DNA from: a virus
Lineage: Duplodnaviria; Caudoviricetes
Strand: one strand, 5' to 3'
Length of the DNA stretch: 64,000 nt
Virus record (IMG/VR): IMGVR_UViG_3300036985_003382
Coordinates: 2,166-66,165 of that record
Below, in pieces: positions 57,032 to 64,000 of the stretch. The position numbers were made by a program, and so were the translations under genes. The notes beneath the pieces were generated by a model, which was not told the DNA's origin, did no database searches, and worked only from the letters and a program-made list of their open reading frames with translations. Every line of letters begins with the position of its first letter. The first letter of the stretch is position 1.

Positions 57032-57725
57032 ACCACGCCTCTACTTTCTTCTTTATGTTTTCGGAAAATTCCACTGGCTTAGCATGTGTTTCCCAGTGCT
57101 TCCACAGGGAACGAACCGTAACCATCTCCTTGTTTGGCCACTTCTTCAAGAGAACAGATGTTCTACACATAACATCTTCTTCTGTTACTCCTGCTTTATG
57201 CATTTGCCAAATGATAAGTCGTACATCTTTCCATTCTCTGTCAGTAATTGGACTCTCAAAAGCAATTCCCCATCTCACTTGCTTAAAAGCTGAATACAAT
57301 CCATATGCTGGATCATCTTCCTTTGCTATCTCCTTTTTCTCTTGCTTGACTGATGTAACCTTGACTTCTGGGTCATGATCAATTGAATCAGGGAACAACT
57401 TGTATCCATTACTCGTTGTTCTCCCGTTAGGAGAAGTTCTTCCATTGACCTCAAGCAACCTCTTGCCATTGATCTTCATGCTTGTTAGGTAATGCAGTGC
57501 TGTGCGAACTGTTGCTTCTGATAATCCAGTGCATTCGGTAAGTCGCTTTATACTAGGCCAGCAATACCCTTCATTGTCTACGTGCATAACAATCGCCATG
57601 AATACAACAAACCCAGATGGTGTAAAGTTTGTTATGTGATCAACAAGTAACCTATCTATCTGTACAAAGCCAGACGCTTTCTCGCCGGACAAGCCAAACG
57701 ACTTCCCGTTGAATACTGTAATCAT
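57012..57725 (-). CDS. phage replication initiator (N-terminal winged HTH)
   Basis: GYCWPSIKRLTECTGLSEATVRTAL...TSNGYKL. Confidence 0.8.
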   Translation of the reverse strand: MITVFNGKSFGLSGEKASGFVQIDRLLVDHITNFTPSGFVVFMAIVMHVDNEGYCWPSIKRLTECTGLSEATVRTALHYLTSMKINGKRLLEVNGRTSPNGRTTSNGYKLFPDSIDHDPEVKVTSVKQEKKEIAKEDDPAYGLYSAFKQVRWGIAFESPITDREWKDVRLIIWQMHKAGVTEEDVMCRTSVLLKKWPNKEMVTVRSLWKHWETHAKPVEFSENIKKKVEAWFDDNDR

Positions 57726-57733
57726 TTCTTTTC

Positions 57734-58351
57734 CTAGTTGTTATACGGACATTCAGAGCAGTATCTCTGTATCTTGTTATCTTCTTCTGATAGCTTTGTT
57801 AAACCAGCTTCATATACATCTGCCAACGGCAGTGGTGTGGAGCTGATAATCTCTAGCGCCTTATTGACATCATCGACTGTCCACCCAGCAGGAATCTCTA
57901 TTGACTTGATTGGTTTCTTTTCTTCTTCTTCTTTCTCACCTTTAAGTTCTCGTTCAAATTCAACAGCAGATAGTCTACGGGACTTAGCTGACTCTAGTAG
58001 TTGTCGTTGGTGTTGCGTTCCCACATGCGCGACCAGTCTGTGATGAGTCCAGCTAATACCTGCAACGCGGTTATTAATAGGAACATTGCTAGAAACCCAA
58101 CTCCAGTTAGCAAGACTCTGATAAGCGCAGCCAGTAGCATCCATAGCTTGTGCATATTTTTCTCCATATCTTTGTTGACCATAATTTAATGCATCGCCAA
58201 GCGCAAACTGAAATGCATCTGTTAATTGCTGTAATGTTGCCATTAGTTGCAACCATTGGTGCTCGTCGATGTCGTTGTTAAATATGATTCCTACATCAGT
58301 AACACTGATCGCGTCAGGAAGGCTTCCTATGTAGACTAATTCATCACTCAT
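57734..58351 (-). CDS. LmbU-like DNA-binding protein
   Basis: FALGDALNYGQQRYGEKYAQA...SWTHHRLVA pattern. Confidence 0.65.
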   Translation of the reverse strand: MSDELVYIGSLPDAISVTDVGIIFNNDIDEHQWLQLMATLQQLTDAFQFALGDALNYGQQRYGEKYAQAMDATGCAYQSLANWSWVSSNVPINNRVAGISWTHHRLVAHVGTQHQRQLLESAKSRRLSAVEFERELKGEKEEEEKKPIKSIEIPAGWTVDDVNKALEIISSTPLPLADVYEAGLTKLSEEDNKIQRYCSECPYNN

Positions 58352-58370
58352 GTTGTTTCTTTCGTTGATA

Positions 58371-58412
58371 CAAATGGGGGCCACGAATTTAAAAGTCCGT
58401 GGCCCCCATTTG
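58371..58412. terminator. 15-bp perfect hairpin (terminator or processing site)
   Basis: CAAATGGGGGCCACG-N12-CGTGGCCCCCATTTG. Confidence 0.6.
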
Positions 58413-58458
58413 GTTGTTGTTGACCTCGTATTAATATTGGTTACGAGGCACTGTAATC

Positions 58459-59016
58459 TTACTCCTCGGTATCACTTGCTGTCAATGTTTTGATCGTAAC
58501 ATTTTCCGTAGATCCAGAAATGCAGAATAGATCTGGGTACTGATCGACAAGCGTCAATTGAACCTCTTTAGATATTTTGCTTTTAAGAATCTTGTGCTCG
58601 GTTTTAACCGCGTCAAGTGGAACAACCATAACTGCTTGTCCTTCATCTAAGATAGTAAATGATGGCGCAACAGTGCGAAATGCAACTTGACCCCATGGGC
58701 ACTTCCATGTCTTGGCTTTACCAACTAACTGACTCTCTGCAAAGTCAGCTATTTGATCGCCATATCTATTCTTAAGCCATTGAACTTTACGCTCTTTGTC
58801 TTTGACTATTGACTTGTATCTATCTACAACAGACTGCATTGCAAGTTGCTCTGCCTTTAGTTCTGTCTCGTATTTTAGTAAACGCTGTAAAGCTAAAAGA
58901 ACGTCCTCTTCTGTTTTAAGTTCATCGCCTAGCCAACCATCAACTGGACCGGCATATTCGCCGGTCTCAATCTCGTAGTAACTATCACCGATGATGTCAA
59001 ATTTACTTAAGTCCAA
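58459..59016 (-). CDS. Mu Gam / Gp157-like host-nuclease inhibitor
   Basis: Coiled-coil followed by KAKTWKCPWGQVAFR; adjacent to SSAP. Confidence 0.7.
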   Translation of the reverse strand: MDLSKFDIIGDSYYEIETGEYAGPVDGWLGDELKTEEDVLLALQRLLKYETELKAEQLAMQSVVDRYKSIVKDKERKVQWLKNRYGDQIADFAESQLVGKAKTWKCPWGQVAFRTVAPSFTILDEGQAVMVVPLDAVKTEHKILKSKISKEVQLTLVDQYPDLFCISGSTENVTIKTLTASDTEE

Positions 59017-59017
59017 T

Positions 59018-59617
59018 TTATTCCTCCTCTGTCAAGAACACCGACTCTGCTTCTTCCGGTGTATTGAATCCTTGCAACACTTCTATTACTAGGCGTAAGT
59101 TTTCGTCACTTGTCTCTATATTCCCAGCTAATCTAGTAAATACACGCTTCATGTCTGATGATGTAATGTCTGCACCCCATATACGCTTACATTCAAAAGC
59201 AAATTGTTTACCGGCAGGTAGTACTGTCGCAGTTGCAGTAATCTTTTTGCGCTGTGGTGTATCTACAATACGCATATCACCAGCTGGCGTAATAGGCTCT
59301 TCTAGTTCTTGAGCAAAGAGTGTGCCATACCCACACAAGGCCAACGCTCGCCCAATAGCGCCCGTTTCTGCCTTCTCTCGGTAATCAGCAAAATGCTTCT
59401 CATGCTCTGTCTTGTGGGCCTTAGCAATCAGTCTGCCTGATGCATCATGGATCTCTGCTGCAAATGTACAGTAGTCAATGCCCGAAAGTTCGGGCACTGC
59501 ATACGTCATGATTGTCCAGTCTGGATGTTCCTCACGGAACCATGCAATACGTGGAGCTACTGGCAAGTATTGCTTGCCTTTAAGGTTAATGAAGTGATCT
59601 CGTGGATTAAATGCCAT
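59018..59617 (-). CDS. single-strand annealing protein (Rad52/Sak-like)
   Basis: KGKQYLPVAPRIAWFR...EKAETGAIGRALALCGYG. Confidence 0.75.
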   Translation of the reverse strand: MAFNPRDHFINLKGKQYLPVAPRIAWFREEHPDWTIMTYAVPELSGIDYCTFAAEIHDASGRLIAKAHKTEHEKHFADYREKAETGAIGRALALCGYGTLFAQELEEPITPAGDMRIVDTPQRKKITATATVLPAGKQFAFECKRIWGADITSSDMKRVFTRLAGNIETSDENLRLVIEVLQGFNTPEEAESVFLTEEE

Positions 59618-60296
59618 TGTCTGTATCCTTGTCTCCTGAAAGTTTACGTTTAATATCTGGTGTCATAACTTTAAGTGCCTCTTTTGATGTTGCTACCGCC
59701 ATTCTTAGGTCATAGATGGAGCCGTTCATCCATCCATGCGTATAGAGCTGAGAGAGAATGCCTAGTGGTAATGCTGCAAATAAATCATATCCATCATCAT
59801 CCTTATAGAAGAAGATTAACTCATGTGGACTGCAACCAATCAACACGCAGTCGGTGCCGTCAATGTCAATCGTTTTACAATTGATTGTTAATCCAGCTCC
59901 TGTGTTACTTGGCTTCATCAATACGTGTATTAGAGTTGACGGGTTAGGATATAGATGACTACCTTCAGCGCCATAGATATTATTTGGAACGTGACCGTCG
60001 CAACCAGACATGTAGTACAACTCGTCGTTATACCTAACTGACCTAAACGACTCTAATAAATCATGCCATGACACCTCAACTGGCTCTTTGTCTAGTGCTA
60101 CAAAATAATCCTTATCATCATTAGCTTCCAAAAAAACCTTGTCACCAATACATGAAACAAACCAGTCAAGTCCACCATCATTAATCTTATAAGATACATA
60201 TGTTTTACTAAGATAATGTTTATTTACAAAGTAATCCATGTTCTCTTCTTTAACAGGAAACAGATACCCGAACCGATTAATACCTTCTGTACTCAT
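59607..60296 (-). CDS. hypothetical protein
   Basis: 229-aa ORF in operon. Confidence 0.65.
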   Translation of the reverse strand: MSTEGINRFGYLFPVKEENMDYFVNKHYLSKTYVSYKINDGGLDWFVSCIGDKVFLEANDDKDYFVALDKEPVEVSWHDLLESFRSVRYNDELYYMSGCDGHVPNNIYGAEGSHLYPNPSTLIHVLMKPSNTGAGLTINCKTIDIDGTDCVLIGCSPHELIFFYKDDDGYDLFAALPLGILSQLYTHGWMNGSIYDLRMAVATSKEALKVMTPDIKRKLSGDKDTDNGI

Positions 60297-60708
60297 TACT
60301 TATAAAAGCCTCTAATTTCTTTAGTGTGTCATCATTACCTATTACTAACTCTGCAGTATGAAGTACGTCTAACACATCATCAAGTGACCTACATATTGAA
60401 GTCACTTGCAACGACGCAAAAATTTGTTGTTTATCTTGCACTTTTCCTTTTTCTGTTTTCAATTCTATTCCAACACCAATAGGAGTCTTCCATTTGCTGT
60501 TGTGAATATAGATGTCTGGTAAGCCGATCGTGTTGCCTTGATACCCAGTTGCATAAAGCCTAGTTTTGCATGCTGGGCAGGACACTTTGGTCCTCGTCTT
60601 ACCAGTTTCAAAGACTGTGTAACCTAGTAACTGCAAGGCTCTTACAATAGAACCTTGCAGTTGCTTTTCACTTACCTGTTTAAATACAGGGCGATTGCTA
60701 TTAACCAT
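60277..60708 (-). CDS. VRR-NUC (PD-(D/E)xK) nuclease / resolvase
   Basis: SEKQLQ...GLPDI...IELKTEKGK...Q...RSLDDV. Confidence 0.85.
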   Translation of the reverse strand: MVNSNRPVFKQVSEKQLQGSIVRALQLLGYTVFETGKTRTKVSCPACKTRLYATGYQGNTIGLPDIYIHNSKWKTPIGVGIELKTEKGKVQDKQQIFASLQVTSICRSLDDVLDVLHTAELVIGNDDTLKKLEAFISNEYRRY

Positions 60709-60738
60709 AATGCAGCTAGTATAGGCACTACACAGGAG

Positions 60739-61305
60739 TCAGTCAGTGAGTATTTTTCGTTGTCTTTCATGTTGTAACCTTAGAAATTTCCAGCAAGTTA
60801 CTACATGCGACAGTGGCACGATATGTTTAGTGTCTATCTTGTTTAAGTATTTCATCGCTACTTTAGCACTAGCTGCAGTAGGCGATTGAACAATTAATTT
60901 AAATAGCTCAGGTGTAGATAGTATGTAATTAAGGGTTTGCTTTTCTCCAACGGATAACGCATTGTGCATAAATTCCGCATGCCGCTCATAGTGATCAGTT
61001 TTAAAGTTATTACGAGAATAATCAGTAACATCAACAAGCTTGTTATTCTTGTAGACATACCTAGCAATAAGAGTTGCATGCCAGCAGCCATTCAGTAAAG
61101 AGATGATGTGAGTCCTAGACCATGTTGGCCACATAGTAGGAGGCAGTATCGCTTTCAACTCAATGACGTCATTACCTTTAGCATTAATGACTAGCAATTC
61201 AAATATTAATTTAGCAGTGTATTTGTTAGATACGTGCACACCAACATCATTGGCATGCACGTAATAGGCTACTGGGGCATTGTATTTCTTGCGTATACTA
61301 GCCAT
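60739..61305 (-). CDS. hypothetical protein
   Basis: Start re-assigned to MASIRK by TAATG coupling. Confidence 0.55.
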   Translation of the reverse strand: MASIRKKYNAPVAYYVHANDVGVHVSNKYTAKLIFELLVINAKGNDVIELKAILPPTMWPTWSRTHIISLLNGCWHATLIARYVYKNNKLVDVTDYSRNNFKTDHYERHAEFMHNALSVGEKQTLNYILSTPELFKLIVQSPTAASAKVAMKYLNKIDTKHIVPLSHVVTCWKFLRLQHERQRKILTD

Positions 61306-61715
61306 TACCAGCGTGGAGTGTATTTTCCTGACAAGCGTGAGGAGCAGTGCCCACACTTCCAAGGTGGAGTCCACGCTCCATCTAGAAATGCATCAACTAC
61401 ATCAGCAACCTTAGCTTTAGTCAGCGTATCCCACTTACGTTCATTTGGATTACGTGTTGTCTTCCATATAAACGTATCGCCATCTTCATATAAATTGTCA
61501 AGCACCTCAATATTTAAAGCCAAATCTCTTGGGTCTCTCATATTTGCTAACTCATGAGTTGAAATCCTAAATGACACGATCTTCAACTTCCACGCTGGCC
61601 AACCTAATGTAATGATTTGATTAGGTCCTATCGTAATCTCCATCTTCTTCCATCCATCAGCAAACTCGCTCGTACGAGCCATCTCGTCAATAATTGTGTT
61701 GATATCCGATAACAT
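61305..61715 (-). CDS. hypothetical protein
   Basis: 136 aa, AAGGA RBS, CxxC near the C-terminus. Confidence 0.65.
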   Translation of the reverse strand: MLSDINTIIDEMARTSEFADGWKKMEITIGPNQIITLGWPAWKLKIVSFRISTHELANMRDPRDLALNIEVLDNLYEDGDTFIWKTTRNPNERKWDTLTKAKVADVVDAFLDGAWTPPWKCGHCSSRLSGKYTPRW

Positions 61716-61730
61716 AAAACATCCTTAGTA

Positions 61731-61772
61731 AAAAAGTTTGTGGAGCCTAAAACTAATTCCAGACTCCACAAA
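61731..61772 (-). terminator. putative intrinsic terminator
   Basis: TTTGTGGAG...CTCCACAAA stem followed by CUUUUU on the minus strand. Confidence 0.55.
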
Positions 61773-61808
61773 GTGTGGTAAATCCCTACTGATTATACCG
61801 TAGGTAAT

Positions 61809-62306
61809 CTACTCACATGTGCAATTTGATTCCCAGTTCTTGCACTCATCACAAGTTTCAGAACCCATCAGGTGATAGTCATCGTCTTGTAGCTCATCAC
61901 CACTGCGTTGTTCGTGGCTATAACCTTTAGGTCCTGCGTATATATTGCCAGCAAAGCACATGCCGGGTTCAGCATAACGACATGCAAACTCAAGGTCAGG
62001 AAACATATCAGACATGGTGATAATCCATATATCAGGTGGTCCCCATGCTGTATCAAAAGCAATTGTTACATGACCTTCTTTGAAGTCTAGGTAGGATGTG
62101 TCACAAGCTCCCCATTTAGTACCCCAGTTGTTGTACTGCCAGTCAGCATTGCCATAGCCATTCTCATCTAATTCCTGTGGTACAGACTTATTGAAGTCTA
62201 ATACTGATGTGCTTGTTTCATACTTTGTAGTGTGTAACTCAGCCCAAGCAGACACCTTGTCTGCTGGGCCAGTGATTGTCAATTCGTTCATACACCAATT
62301 AGGCAT
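61809..62306 (-). CDS. YubB/DUF1281-like (Api92-type ferredoxin-fold) protein
   Basis: MPNWCMNELTITG...NWGTKW...FDTAWGPP...YAEPGMCFAG. Confidence 0.8.
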   Translation of the reverse strand: MPNWCMNELTITGPADKVSAWAELHTTKYETSTSVLDFNKSVPQELDENGYGNADWQYNNWGTKWGACDTSYLDFKEGHVTIAFDTAWGPPDIWIITMSDMFPDLEFACRYAEPGMCFAGNIYAGPKGYSHEQRSGDELQDDDYHLMGSETCDECKNWESNCTCE

Positions 62307-62317
62307 TGTGTTATTCC

Positions 62318-62644
62318 TTATCCGTAAACCAACTCACCAAAACATATTCCTTGAAGCAGCGCGTCAATCACATCTTGATCAACCTGTTGCTCTTCTTCAA
62401 ACGATCGATCACCTTGCATCCATGACTTTTTAAGATTATCAATAACGTCAAGTGGAGATATTGTATGTATCTCACCTTCGTCATCATGTATGTCAATGTA
62501 CCAAAGGTCAGGTTTGCTAACCCAAGCTGCATGCCACTTCTTAACCCACTCGCAATGGTGCAATGCTTCTGTGATTTGGTCATACCAAAACTCGTTGTCG
62601 ATGTTACCTACTACCCACCTGATGTGTGTGTCACTTGCTTGCAT
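62318..62644 (-). CDS. hypothetical protein
   Basis: Ends DALLQGICFGELVYG, a common small phage-protein C-terminus. Confidence 0.7.
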   Translation of the reverse strand: MQASDTHIRWVVGNIDNEFWYDQITEALHHCEWVKKWHAAWVSKPDLWYIDIHDDEGEIHTISPLDVIDNLKKSWMQGDRSFEEEQQVDQDVIDALLQGICFGELVYG

Positions 62645-62990
62645 TGCGTTGTACTTCCTTTATTTCTTTAATTAAACTTGCATTACGTCGTAGTTCTTTC
62701 ACTGTTATGTCTATCCTGTCCCAATTTGTGCCATAATTGGCATCAAATCCATCATGCAATTCATCTACTACAGCTGGCCACTCATCTTCTCGCTCAATGA
62801 TTTCAGCTGTAATTAAGTCGTGTGATTGAAACTCTTCCCTGTTAACTCCACAAACAAAATCATATGGTCCCCATACCTCAATGTAAAACTCCGGGAATTC
62901 ATCCCGGAACTTGCGCAGTGCTTTCTCAAAAGTTAAATCTCTGTCGTTCCATTCTTCTTCTGTCATTACAGTTCCCTTACTCCATCCCAT
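62631..62990 (-). CDS. acidic hypothetical protein
   Basis: ORF in operon; start may be the downstream ATG at 62966. Confidence 0.6.
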   Translation of the reverse strand: MGWSKGTVMTEEEWNDRDLTFEKALRKFRDEFPEFYIEVWGPYDFVCGVNREEFQSHDLITAEIIEREDEWPAVVDELHDGFDANYGTNWDRIDITVKELRRNASLIKEIKEVQRNASK

Positions 62991-63397
62991 TTATCTGGTT
63001 GACCAAGACATGTGGCAATGTATAAATCATGCGCACTAAACATGTCATTCCATTCTTCGTACGTACAGTCATCAATGTACTCATTGAGTGCGTCATTGAA
63101 TTCTTCAATGTCTTTCTCGTGATACACAGACGCAACTAATGCACAGAACTTTTTAATCTCGTCATCAGTGGGTCGCTTGACGTTCATTGCTTCTGCAACT
63201 TCATCGATAAACAAGATGACTGCTTTGTCTGTGTACTGGATACTTACATCAGAGAACAACAGTTTTCCTACACGGAACATAAACTCTGCACCGATAGCTG
63301 GGGATAGAACCTCCCCGTCATCTGTGTAGTGGCAGTCCTGTGTATATGAGTATCGATCAATCGACCACTCTTCTTCTTCGCATATTGAATAAAACAT
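62966..63397 (-). CDS. acidic hypothetical protein
   Basis: GAGGAG RBS; 143 aa. Confidence 0.7.
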   Translation of the reverse strand: MFYSICEEEEWSIDRYSYTQDCHYTDDGEVLSPAIGAEFMFRVGKLLFSDVSIQYTDKAVILFIDEVAEAMNVKRPTDDEIKKFCALVASVYHEKDIEEFNDALNEYIDDCTYEEWNDMFSAHDLYIATCLGQPDKWDGVREL

Positions 63398-63430
63398 TAC
63401 TAACTCCTCTGTGTTTATTTGTTTGTTTAA

Positions 63431-64000
63431 TTAAACCCAGCGGGATGCAGACCCGTGGGCACGGATGACGATATCGCTATCACCATCACACTGTAGAGAC
63501 TTAGGGCAACCTACGCAAGTCATATGCACCATCTGCAACATGTTGCGCAGCTTTCTCGCCTCGTTGATGAATGGGTCACTAGGACATTGCTTCATGCCAC
63601 GTGCATAAGCAGTGTGGCGTCGGTTATCGTAGTCTTCGTGTGGCAAGACTGTGAATGTGCCCCAGCCAGCTTGCTTAGCCTCTGATTGATCGGCATACGT
63701 ATCGCATGATGCTTGTATGATTCCCTTGAATGGCTGTGCAATAGGTTCACGCCACTGGTGTGTGTAACCTCGATGCCCATGGCTATATCTAAGCATGTCA
63801 TTCCATATAGGAAATGGAGCAGCTACAGGGTCACCGTACGACCCTATACGCAACTCCTTGCCAGATACCCAAGCAATAGTAGAACCTACAATACTAGACA
63901 CCACTGGCACGTTGCCTCGTTGGAATGATTCCCATACAGCAGTAGTGCCCTTGCCAATGTTGACGTAACAAGTACGCACACGTTTGTACTTGCCAGTACG
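63431..64000 (-). CDS. Gp88-like / radical-SAM-related phage protein (5' truncated by window)
   Basis: CYV...LRIGSYGDP...GYTHQWR...ASCD...CP...TCVGC...HG; frame open to the window edge. Confidence 0.6.
   Translation of the reverse strand, partial: RTGKYKRVRTCYVNIGKGTTAVWESFQRGNVPVVSSIVGSTIAWVSGKELRIGSYGDPVAAPFPIWNDMLRYSHGHRGYTHQWREPIAQPFKGIIQASCDTYADQSEAKQAGWGTFTVLPHEDYDNRRHTAYARGMKQCPSDPFINEARKLRNMLQMVHMTCVGCPKSLQCDGDSDIVIRAHGSASRWV

Noticed and set aside
1-64000. Alternative genetic code, integrase, or diversity-generating retroelement
   Set aside because: Long ORFs are intact under the standard code, there is no suppressor tRNA, and no recombinase or reverse transcriptase motifs were seen.

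Overview
The window is most of a tailed dsDNA bacteriophage genome with podovirus-like (P22/T7-style) morphogenesis genes. Both window edges fall in a minus-strand block of small early genes. Layout: minus-strand early genes (1-5.4 kb); a G-tract-rich strand-switch region (5.5-5.7 kb); a plus-strand late arm (5.7-55.3 kb); and a minus-strand replication/recombination arm (55.2-64 kb). The late arm has 3 tRNAs, dUTPase, SSB, a 3D-domain muralytic protein, a 2087-aa protein, terminases, portal, scaffold, major capsid, adaptors, holin, fibre/spike genes, tail nozzle, ejection proteins including a 4282-aa giant, and a CHAP-type endolysin. The replication arm has DnaB, a putative loader, an HTH initiator, Gam-like, SSAP and VRR-NUC genes. 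No integrase, DNA polymerase or CRISPR array was seen. Two features stand out. (1) The early operon is punctuated by structured RNAs on the coding strand: two canonical hammerhead ribozymes (type II at 3128-3195, type III at 4499-4553), a third hammerhead with an expanded core (5414-5486), and a duplicated H-type pseudoknot. This suggests ribozyme-driven processing of the early polycistronic mRNA. (2) Several small late proteins share a short motif with the scaffold C-terminus, and the 2087-aa protein shares an N-terminal motif with the portal, suggesting a peptide address system for loading cargo into the procapsid. All protein calls come from motif recognition and synteny by eye, not database searches.
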